Assembly: GCA_963836755.1 (NCBI GenBank)
Contig: CAWIKF010000002.1
Span: 128,001-192,000 of the forward strand
DNA: 64,000 bases
From: an uncultured Verrucomicrobiae bacterium
GTDB lineage: Bacteria > Verrucomicrobiota > Verrucomicrobiia > Chthoniobacterales > Chthoniobacteraceae
Direction: 5' to 3'
Shown here piece by piece: positions 56,089-64,000 of this stretch. The notes under the pieces are model-generated. The model saw only the letters and a list, made by a program, of their open reading frames with translations. It ran no database searches and was not told where the DNA came from. Within the stretch, counting starts at the first letter, position 1. Each line of letters starts with the position of its first letter. A program made the translations under genes and the position numbers.

Positions 56089-57551
56089 TTTCCGGCCTTT
56101 CCGGGAGCCGCGAGTTCGCGAAGTTTCACGTTGCGGAAGAAAACTTCCGAGCCGTGCTCCTGCAATAAAATGTGGCCGTCCGCCCATTCGCCGTAATCGG
56201 GAATGCTATTGAATTTGCTCTCCGCCACCGCCTTGCGAAAAGCCGCGGAGCCACGGTCGAACTGAAGCGTCATCGCGCCATTGAGCCAGAACTCGACGTG
56301 CCGGCCCTTCGACAAAATCCGCGCGTGATTCCACTCGCCGACCGGCATCACTTTTTTGTCCTTCGCCGGCGGGATCAAATCGTAAAGAGCGCCGATCGTG
56401 CGGTCGCCGTCGCGGCCGAGCTTCGCATCGGGATGCAGCTTGTCGTCGAGGATTTGATATTCCAAACCAATGGACGAGCCGACTGCGACAGGCTTGCCGG
56501 TCTTTTTGTCGATCGGCGAAATCTGTGGCTGCACGAAAATTTTGATGCCGCTGTTGCAGCCCGGCGATGTCTTGAAATCAACCTTCAGCTCAAAGTTCGA
56601 GTAAGTTTTCTTCGTGATGATGTCACCGCCGTTTTGCGATTCCGCGTTGCCCGTGGAATTCACCGCGAGCACGCCATCTTTCATGCTCCAGCTTTTCGTC
56701 GGAAATTCATCCGACTTCGCGCCGCGCCAGCCTTCGCTTGTCTTGCCGTCCCATAGCAATTTCCAGCCGTCCGCCTTTTCCTGTGGCGTCAAAGTATTCG
56801 GCTCGGCCGCGTCGGCAGTTTTCGCGGCGGCGGACTTGCCGAGTTCGTGGATGCGAATATTTCGGAAGCGGACTTTGAGGCCGCCTTTTTTCGAGTCGTT
56901 GCCGACGCCGTGCACTTGCAGGCCGATGATGCCGCTCGGGTTCACGGTGTCGCGAATGTCCGTGCGCGCCACGCCGTTCAACCACGTCTTGAGCGACGGT
57001 CCGTCGGCGACGATGCGCAGTTTATTCCACTCGCCATTCTTGCTGATCGCGCGGCCTTGCACGGAAAACGCTGTTCCGTCCTTCCCCTTTTCGCCGTCCG
57101 CCGGGTAGAGCCAGTGGCGCCGCGCCTCGTCCTCGATGCCGCCACTCCACATCCGCGCACGCGGCGCGTCCATGTCGATTTCGCACTGGTAGCCGTAGAC
57201 GCGATCGGGCGGGAACTTGAAAACTTTGCCGTCGATTTCCTCGGTGGTCGCCTCGGGTGAAAGTTGGCTGCGGAATTGCACGCCGGAGTTGAGCAGCGGG
57301 TCGCATTTAAATTCGAGTTCGAGCTCGAAATTCCCATACTTTTTCGCGAGGCAAAGAAAACTATTTCCGGTGCCGGGAATCGACTCGCCGACGATCGTGC
57401 CGTCCTCCACGTAGTATTTGGCCTTGCCGCTGTGCTCGGTCCAGCCGTCGAGATTTTTGCCGTTGAAAAGCTCCACCCAGCCTTCCTCCGCGTGCAGGCG
57501 CGGCGCGATGAGTGCAATGGTGACGATGAGAGCGAGCTTCGATAAACGCAT
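56085..57551 (-). CDS. Tandem DUF1080 (3-keto-disaccharide hydrolase-like) exported protein
   Basis: Two copies of LF/WxGKxxxGW..NSG..GEWN..GxIxLQxH..FRN. Confidence 0.9.
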   Translation of the reverse strand: MRLSKLALIVTIALIAPRLHAEEGWVELFNGKNLDGWTEHSGKAKYYVEDGTIVGESIPGTGNSFLCLAKKYGNFELELEFKCDPLLNSGVQFRSQLSPEATTEEIDGKVFKFPPDRVYGYQCEIDMDAPRARMWSGGIEDEARRHWLYPADGEKGKDGTAFSVQGRAISKNGEWNKLRIVADGPSLKTWLNGVARTDIRDTVNPSGIIGLQVHGVGNDSKKGGLKVRFRNIRIHELGKSAAAKTADAAEPNTLTPQEKADGWKLLWDGKTSEGWRGAKSDEFPTKSWSMKDGVLAVNSTGNAESQNGGDIITKKTYSNFELKVDFKTSPGCNSGIKIFVQPQISPIDKKTGKPVAVGSSIGLEYQILDDKLHPDAKLGRDGDRTIGALYDLIPPAKDKKVMPVGEWNHARILSKGRHVEFWLNGAMTLQFDRGSAAFRKAVAESKFNSIPDYGEWADGHILLQEHGSEVFFRNVKLRELAAPGKAGK

Positions 57552-57714
57552 GAGTTCTGAGCGGGGATGTGCTGCGGAAAGCGGTAGGGTTGGGTTTGGA
57601 TTACTAGACCGATGAAACAATGGCAAAGCGAATTCGTTGCATTGTGATTGCGAAAAAGTTGCGCCGCGCGCTGCGGAACCGATTTGCGCGAAGAGGCCAA
57701 TTGCACTAAAACAA

Positions 57715-58713
57715 ATGCGCGTGAGAAACTTTGACCCGCCTCTCGATGCCTCCGCGCGCGCAGTCGATTATTTGCGCATCTCGATCACCGACCGGTGCAA
57801 TGAGCGCTGCCTTTATTGCCTGCCGGAAGGGTTCACCGGCTGGCAGGAACGTGCGGAGATTTTGAGTTTTGACGAGCTTCTCTCCGTGTCGCGGACGGCA
57901 GTGGAAATCGGCTTTCGAAAATTCCGCGTCACCGGCGGCGAACCGCTGCTGCGTCGCGGCGCGGAGGATTTCATCGGCGACTTGATCGCGCTAGCGGGCG
58001 CGGACTCGGTGAGTCTTTCGACAAATGGAACGCGGCTTTCCGCCTGCGCGCCCGCGCTTGGCGCCGCCGGACTGCGCAGCGCGAACATCAGCCTTGATGC
58101 GATCGACGCGGAGATTTACCGGCGCGTCACTGGCGGCAAAGTTTCCGATGTGCTGGCGGGAATAGAAGCGGCGCGTGCGGCGGGGATTTCAAAAATGAAA
58201 CTCAACGCCGTGCTGATGCGCGGTGTGAACGAGACGCAAATCTGGCCGCTGGTCGAGTTCGCGGCGGAGCACCATTTGATTTTGCGATTCATCGAGTTGA
58301 TGCCGGTCAGTCTCACGAGCGTGCTGAACGAGGAGAACTTTTTCCCAGTCGCTGAGGCGAAAAAAATCATCGCCGCACGCATGCCGATGCTGCCGGACAC
58401 GGCGCGCCACGGCAATGGCCCGGCGGTTTATCATCGGTTGCCGGAGATCGGCGCGACCGTCGGATTCATCGGCGCGCTGACCGATTTCCACTTTTGCGAG
58501 ACCTGCAATAAAATGCGGCTGACTGCGGACGGCCACATCCGGCCGTGTCTCGGGCATCACGGCGAGATCGATCTGAAACCGGCGCTGCGCCCGCGCGTGG
58601 ATGCGGAGGAATTGCGCGCGCAGTTTTTGCGGGCGCTGCGTGAGAAGCCGCGCGAGCACAGCTTCCGCGAGAATTATCAGCCGGAGCGCGTGATGACCGC
58701 CATCGGCGGCTGA
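57715..58713 (+). CDS. moaA: GTP 3',8-cyclase MoaA
   Basis: YLRISITDRCNERCLYC, TGGEP, FCETCNKMRLTADG..C, C-terminal IGG. Confidence 0.96.
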   Translation: MRVRNFDPPLDASARAVDYLRISITDRCNERCLYCLPEGFTGWQERAEILSFDELLSVSRTAVEIGFRKFRVTGGEPLLRRGAEDFIGDLIALAGADSVSLSTNGTRLSACAPALGAAGLRSANISLDAIDAEIYRRVTGGKVSDVLAGIEAARAAGISKMKLNAVLMRGVNETQIWPLVEFAAEHHLILRFIELMPVSLTSVLNEENFFPVAEAKKIIAARMPMLPDTARHGNGPAVYHRLPEIGATVGFIGALTDFHFCETCNKMRLTADGHIRPCLGHHGEIDLKPALRPRVDAEELRAQFLRALREKPREHSFRENYQPERVMTAIGG

Positions 58714-58736
58714 TCGGGCGCGCGTTTGCCGAGAAA

Positions 58737-59687
58737 TCAGATGCGGTCGGGTTTGTTCCCGATGCGCCGCGCGTGCGGCTCCGGACGGATGCCGGTGCCG
58801 TGACGCCGTGCATAGACTTGAGTAAATTCCGCGCCGAAAAAGCTGATGAGCGCTGAGTAATAGACCCAGAAAAGCAGCACGACGAATGACCCGGCCGCGC
58901 CGAACGCGCTCGCGACGGCTGTGTGGCCGAGATAAAGCCCGATCAAATATTTTCCCGCCGTGAAAAGCACCGCAGTCGCCGCCGCGCCGATCCATACATC
59001 TTTCCACCCGAGCCGGACATCGGGAAGAAACCGGTAGATCATCGCGAAAAGCAGCGCCGCCACGAGAAATGACGCGCCGATATTCGCGGCGCGCCACAGC
59101 CACGGCACGGTCGGCATCCATGTCGTAAAATAATCCTGCAAGCCGCTGATCGCCGCGCTGAAAATGAGCGAGACGAGCAGGAGAAACCCGACGCCGAGCG
59201 CGATGGCAAACGAGCGGGCGCGATCGACGATCAATTTCATGATGACGCCGCGCTTCGGATCGCTCTCGACGTCCCAGATTTTGTTGAGCGCGGACTGCAA
59301 CTCGCCGAAGACCGCCGTCGCGCCGACGAAAAGCGTGACGACGCCGACGACGACCGGCCAGACGCCGGAGCCGAAGCCGCGCGACGCGGTGATGACCTGG
59401 CGCACCGCGCTCGCGCCATCCGCGCCGACCATGTTGCGCATTTCGCCCTCGATTTTTGACGCGGCGGATTGGCCGCTGAGGAAAAAAGAAGCGACGCCGA
59501 CGGCGATGAGCAGCACCGGCGCGAGGGAAAAAATCGTGTAAAACGCGAGCGAGGCCGAGAAGCGGAACGTGTCGTCATTCCACCATTCCCGGCAGGTGAT
59601 CTTGAAAAGCCGCCACGCTTCCACGGCAGACGAACCGCTGACCTGCGGGCTGGCTGGCGGGAGATTGCGCGCGGTTTCGTCGCTCAT
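58737..59687 (-). CDS. YihY/virulence factor BrkB family membrane protein
   Basis: ASLAFYTIFSLAP, LQSALNKIW, GAAGS..LLFWVYYSA..FFGAEF. Confidence 0.92.
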   Translation of the reverse strand: MSDETARNLPPASPQVSGSSAVEAWRLFKITCREWWNDDTFRFSASLAFYTIFSLAPVLLIAVGVASFFLSGQSAASKIEGEMRNMVGADGASAVRQVITASRGFGSGVWPVVVGVVTLFVGATAVFGELQSALNKIWDVESDPKRGVIMKLIVDRARSFAIALGVGFLLLVSLIFSAAISGLQDYFTTWMPTVPWLWRAANIGASFLVAALLFAMIYRFLPDVRLGWKDVWIGAAATAVLFTAGKYLIGLYLGHTAVASAFGAAGSFVVLLFWVYYSALISFFGAEFTQVYARRHGTGIRPEPHARRIGNKPDRI

Positions 59688-59762
59688 TGGATGAAATTTC
59701 GCGCGCCGCGGCGGTCGCGGGCCTCCGAATTTTTCCAAACTTTGACCCAAGCGGCTCAAACA

Positions 59763-59951
59763 GGCGTCGGTGAACCGGAAATCTTCGCCGTGGAAGCCCT
59801 AAAAGGCGTCGGTGAAACGCTATCGGTCGTCGGGGAAGCGAAAAAAGACGTCGGGGAAACGATATCGGACGCAGATTTAGGGCTATTGGACGTCGATGAA
59901 TCGATATCGGACGTCGATGTTGGGCTATCGGACGCACCTTTTGCTCTAAAC
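59763..59951. repeat. Tandem array of 9 degenerate 21-bp units, consensus GACGTCGRTGAAACGCTATCG
   Basis: Unit starts 59763, 59784, 59805, 59826, 59847, 59868, 59889, 59910, 59931. Confidence 0.9.
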
Positions 59952-60100
59952 GAGACATTTTCAGAACAAATGCCGCCTGAGCGCAGCAAAATTAAAAATA
60001 AACGCCGAAAAAAACGTCGGACAACCGCGACGGCTTGCGCGAGCGATGTTTTTTACATGCCTCCGTTTCCAGAGGGCGCAATCCACGGGGCGCGAATTTA

Positions 60101-61171
60101 ATGGAGCGGCGCGCCCGGCTCGATTTTTCAAAACGCGTCCTGCTCGCGGTCAGCATCGCCATCGCGGTGGGCGGCGCGGTCTGGCTGTTCTGCGAGTTTT
60201 CACAGGTGCTTCTTTTCATCTTCGCCGGGCTGCTGCTCGGGGTTTTGCTGCAGGGGCTCGCTGCTTTGCTCACGCGCCTGACCGGGCTTTGGCCGGGCGT
60301 CTCGCTCACGCTGGTGGTCGTCGCGATGCTGGCGGTGATCGGCGTCGGCTGCTGCGTGATCGGCCCGCGGCTCGCGGCGCAATCGGCGGATCTCGCCAAA
60401 ACCATTCCGAAAGGTTTCGACACCGTCCGCGAGGAAGTCGAGTCGTCGTGGGCCGGGGCGGTGTTTTCCTACATCCCGCCGATGTCGAAGATGCTGCCGG
60501 CGCCGCGCGCGCTGCTCGGCGATCTGCCGGGCTTTCTCTCGACCACGAGCGAAGCGGCCGCGATGGCGCTTTTTATTTTTTTCCTCGGCATCTACACGGC
60601 TGCGAATCCGCAGATTTATCGCGAGAGTCTTATCCGGCTCGCGCCTTTGAAAAAACGCGAGCGCCTGCGTGAAATCGCCGATTTGCTCGGCCACGCGCTG
60701 CGCTGGTGGCTGCTCGGGCGCATCGTGACGATGACGGTGATGGGGGCCTTGACGGCATTCGGGCTCTGGCTGCTCGGCGTGCCGATGGCGCTGAGTCTCG
60801 GTGTGATCGCGGGGCTGCTGCAATTTGTCCCGTATCTCGGCGCGATCGTGGCGGCGATTCCCGCGCTGCTGATCGCTTTTACGCAAAGCCCGCTGATGAC
60901 CGCGGAAGTGGCGGCGCTGTATGTCGTGATCCATCTCGTGGAGGGCTACTGCGTGACGCCGCTCATCCAGCAGCGCGCGATCGCCCTGCCGCCGGCGGCG
61001 CTTCTCACGATGCAACTGCTGATGGGAGTGCTTTTCGGCATTCCCGGCGTGATGCTCGCGTCGCCGCTGACGGTCGTTTTCATCGTGCTCGTGCAAACTC
61101 TTTACCTGCAGGATATTCTCGGCGACTCCGTTTCCGTGCTCGGCTCGAACCATCCGGCGCACGATTCCTAG
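60101..61171 (+). CDS. AI-2E family transporter
   Basis: Multi-TM; FVPYLG, EGY..TP, GVMLASPL. Confidence 0.9.
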   Translation: MERRARLDFSKRVLLAVSIAIAVGGAVWLFCEFSQVLLFIFAGLLLGVLLQGLAALLTRLTGLWPGVSLTLVVVAMLAVIGVGCCVIGPRLAAQSADLAKTIPKGFDTVREEVESSWAGAVFSYIPPMSKMLPAPRALLGDLPGFLSTTSEAAAMALFIFFLGIYTAANPQIYRESLIRLAPLKKRERLREIADLLGHALRWWLLGRIVTMTVMGALTAFGLWLLGVPMALSLGVIAGLLQFVPYLGAIVAAIPALLIAFTQSPLMTAEVAALYVVIHLVEGYCVTPLIQQRAIALPPAALLTMQLLMGVLFGIPGVMLASPLTVVFIVLVQTLYLQDILGDSVSVLGSNHPAHDS

Positions 61172-61174
61172 GCG

Positions 61175-61690
61175 ATGCACGTGGTCCACTTTTTCGACCA
61201 GCTCCTCGGGTCGCATACGCCGATCGGGGAGCTGAGCATCGTGCAGCTCGTCGCCCGCGCGCTGATCGTCTTTTTTTTCGCGCTCGCGATGGCGCGCTTC
61301 GCCGACAAGCGGGTTTTCGCGAAAAAAACTCCGTTCGATATCATCCTTGCGCTCATCCTCGCCTCGATGCTTTCCCGCGCGATCAATGGCTCCGCGCCGC
61401 TCGCGGGCACGATCGCCGCAGGCTTCGCGATGGTTTTCATCCACCGCTGCATGGGCTGGCTCGCGTGCCGCTGGCCGTTCTTCGGCGAGTTGATCAAGGG
61501 CCACAGCGACACGCTCGTCAAAGATGGGAAAATCATCACCGCCGCCATGCAGCGCAACCGCCTCAGCCATGAAGATCTCAACGAAGATTTGCGGCTAAAA
61601 GCGTCCACTGACGACCTTGCGAAGATCGAGACCGTGCGCATGGAACGCAGTGGCGATGTCAGCGTAGTCCCGCGGGACCAAGCGGGTTAA
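61175..61690 (+). CDS. DUF421/YetF-family membrane protein
   Basis: TPFDIIL, LVKDG, MERSGDVSV. Confidence 0.88.
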   Translation: MHVVHFFDQLLGSHTPIGELSIVQLVARALIVFFFALAMARFADKRVFAKKTPFDIILALILASMLSRAINGSAPLAGTIAAGFAMVFIHRCMGWLACRWPFFGELIKGHSDTLVKDGKIITAAMQRNRLSHEDLNEDLRLKASTDDLAKIETVRMERSGDVSVVPRDQAG

Positions 61691-61733
61691 AACTCCCGCG
61701 CGCTGTCCGCGCGTGCGCCGATTAGTTTTGCGC

Positions 61734-62560
61734 ATGAAAATCACTGATACCATCCGCCTCGCATCCGGCGTCGAGATGCCGATGCTCGGCTTCGGCACTT
61801 GGAAATTGAAACCCGATGGCGAAGCGCAACGCGCCGTCGCCGCCGCGCTGGAGATCGGCTACCGGCACATCGATACCGCGTCGGTTTATGAAAACGAACA
61901 GGCCGTCGGCGAAGGCCTGCGCGCCAGCGGCGTCCCGCGCGAGGAAATCTTTCTCACCACCAAACTCTGGAACGACGACATCCGCGGCGGCCGCGAAGCC
62001 TCGATCAAAGCCGCGCACGAATCGCTCCGGCTCTTGCGGGTCGAGTATTTCGACCTTTACCTCATGCACTGGCCGATCGCCGAGCACGAGGCCGACGCAT
62101 GGCGCGCGATGGAGAAACTTTACGAGGATGGCGTCGCCCGCTCCATCGGCGTCTGTAATTACATGCCCGAGCAGATGGATCGGCTCCTCGCCGGCGTCGA
62201 CGTGAAGCCGATGGTCGACCAGGTCGAGTTTCACCCGCACCTCACGCAGCCCGAGCTGCAGAAGTATCTGCGCGAAAAACAAATCGTCGAGGAAGCATGG
62301 TCGCCGATCATGCAAGGCAACGTTGACCTACCCGAGATCGCCGAAATCGCGAAACGCCACGGCAAATCGCCCGCGCAAATCGTCCTCCGCTGGGACCTGC
62401 AGCACGGCATCGTCACCATCCCGAAATCGTCGCATCCCACCCGCATCCGCGAGAACATGGAACTTTCGACTTCGAGCTCTCGCCCGAGGAAATGGCCACG
62501 CTCGATGGCTTGGACAAAGAAAAGCGCTACGGCCCCGACCCACGGAACTTTTCCTTCTGA
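61734..62560 (+). CDS. Aldo/keto reductase (2,5-DKG reductase-like); 1-nt frameshift at about 62464
   Basis: GFGTW, GYRHIDTA..Y, TTKLW, DLYLMHWP, IPKS. Adding one T restores [31 protein letters not shown], stop 62558-62560. Confidence 0.9.
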
Positions 62561-62781
62561 CCGAAAGCGCAGCTCGCTAGCTCGCGATCCTGCGCGAAGC
62601 TACTTCGCCGCCACAGCCGGCGTCGCGACCGGCTTTTTCGCAGCGCCGTTATCCCGCTTCGCCGCCAGCTCCGTGTCCCCATCGCCGTGCGACATGCGGA
62701 ATCGATCCATCAGCGACGGCTGCTGCGTCTCGTGCGCGATCGCCGCCACCGTCGTATTTATGAAGAGTTCGAGGTGCAGCC

Positions 62782-62930
62782 GTTCCCCCCCTGCCGCCTC
62801 TTTCCGAGTAGAAGCGGATTGTGGCGAACGTGGATGAATTGATGGCCTTGGTAGACGCGGTGGAAACCCAGCTCGCCACCGCCCGCGCCCCCGCCGCGAG
62901 CCTGCTCGCCGCCGCCGTCGCCGAACCGAC
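62782..62930 (+). pseudogene. hsdS: Remnant of a type I restriction-modification specificity subunit C-terminus
   Basis: PLPPLSE*KRIVANVDELMALVDAVETQLATARAPAASLLAAAVAE; TAG at 62809 where Q is expected; no upstream gene body. Confidence 0.7.
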
Positions 62931-63060
62931 ATCGGCTGAGCGGCGAACAAATTCCGAAGGCAAAACACCTGCTCCGTCGGTCTAGATCAAACCTGCGTTG
63001 AAGAGACCAACCGGCATTTCGCGCTCGCGATCTTGTCGGCCGAAATCGAAGCCGGAACAG

Positions 63061-63200
63061 CTTCCGGCATTCTGCACATCTTCCGGGGCGATCTGAACGT
63101 CTTCCGGGCCTCGCTACTGCCTCCGGTCTTCGCTGATGCGCTTCCGGGCGTTCTGTCGTGCTTGCGGACGGGACTGGTTTGCTCCCGAGTCGGGGCTGAT
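63061..63200. repeat. Degenerate array of about 7 units, 19-21 bp, CTTCCGG-N-CTG-N
   Basis: CTTCCGG-like starts at 63061, 63080, 63101, 63120, 63141, 63161, 63182. Confidence 0.65.
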
Positions 63201-64000
63201 TTACGCGCTGAGCAACTGGTCGATGGCGCGGCGATGGGGCGACGGGATCGGCGGGAGATTTTCGCGGGGATGCCATGCGGAGGCGTCGCGGCGCGGGAGG
63301 GTGCGGACTTTGTAGATGGTGAGCCGCACGCGGTGGTGGGTGAAGGGGTAGTCGAGCTTTAGCAGCGGCTCGGTTTCCGGCGCGAGGGTGAGCGCGGGAA
63401 GTTTCCACAAGCCGCGCCAGCGCGACTCGGTTTGCTTTTCGAGCAGGATTTTTCCGCCGGAGAATAGGAATGCGCAGTTTTCAATGAGGTCGATGGCGGC
63501 GCGGCGCGGTTTTTTGCGCGGCAGTTCGAGCGGGTTTTCGGCGCGGCAGAATTCGGCGACGGGGCATGCGGCGCATTTCGGGGCGCGCGGGGTGCAGATG
63601 AGGGCGCCGAGTTCCATGAGCGCGCTGTTAAACAAACGGCCACGCTCCGGCGGCTGGAGTTTCTCGGCAGCGGTCCATAAAAATTCGGCGCCGGCGGTGG
63701 TGTCGATGGGGATTTGCAAATCGAACAGCCGCGCGAGGAGGCGGGCGATGTTCGCATCGACGATGGGGACGGGCTGGTCGAATGCGAACGCTGCGACCGC
63801 GCCGGCGGTGTAGCGACCGACGCCGGGCAGCGCGCTGATTTGCGCGAGATCGCGCGGAAAGTGGGCGCGATGCGTCGCGGCGAGGAATTGCGCGGCGCGG
63901 TGGAGATTGCGCGCGCGGGAGTAGTAGCCGAGGCCCTGCCATTCGTGCAGGACGCTCTGTTCATCGGCATCGGCGAGCGATTGCGCGTCGGGGAATCTTT
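63201..64000 (-). CDS. mutY: A/G-specific adenine glycosylase, 5'-truncated by the window edge
   Basis: WQGLGYYSRARNLH, LPGVGRYTA, VDANIAR, ALMELGALICTPRAPKCAACPV..C, FTHH. Confidence 0.96.
   Translation of the reverse strand, partial: RFPDAQSLADADEQSVLHEWQGLGYYSRARNLHRAAQFLAATHRAHFPRDLAQISALPGVGRYTAGAVAAFAFDQPVPIVDANIARLLARLFDLQIPIDTTAGAEFLWTAAEKLQPPERGRLFNSALMELGALICTPRAPKCAACPVAEFCRAENPLELPRKKPRRAAIDLIENCAFLFSGGKILLEKQTESRWRGLWKLPALTLAPETEPLLKLDYPFTHHRVRLTIYKVRTLPRRDASAWHPRENLPPIPSPHRRAIDQLLSA

Noticed and set aside
62809..62811. TAG recoding or readthrough
   Set aside because: Many intact genes here end in TAG and RF1 is present; the fragment has no gene body, so decay is the simpler explanation

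Overview
64-kb bacterial chromosomal segment, probably from Verrucomicrobiota/PVC (inferred from gene content: PSCyt/DUF1549/DUF1553 plus DUF1501, exosortase-EpsI, many Tat-exported sugar enzymes). 1-25.1 kb: mosaic surface-polysaccharide locus (O-antigen ligase/polymerase-like, flippase, about 13 glycosyltransferases, 4 methyltransferases, exosortase + EpsI, WecB). 25.1-35.0 kb: TPR protein, a receiver/pseudokinase/FGE-sulfatase protein split by a frameshift, amidase, nnr, acyl-CoA ligase, rpmE, prfA. 35.2-57.6 kb: rhamnogalacturonan-type sugar catabolism genes, a cytochrome c/DUF1501 module and a Gfo/Idh/MocA + DUF1080 pair. 57.7-64 kb: moaA, YihY, AI-2E, DUF421, aldo-keto reductase, an hsdS remnant and partial mutY. 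The most unusual signal is three intergenic tandem arrays with about 21-bp period and unrelated sequences. The best one (about 15 palindromic units, frame-breaking 21/21/20 higher-order repeat) lies directly upstream of an uncharacterised helical + FN3-like gene with its own terminator, inverted inside the glycan locus. Two single-base homopolymer frameshifts suggest long-read assembly errors. All family assignments come from motif recognition by eye; no database search was run. No tRNA, rRNA, CRISPR or transposase was seen.
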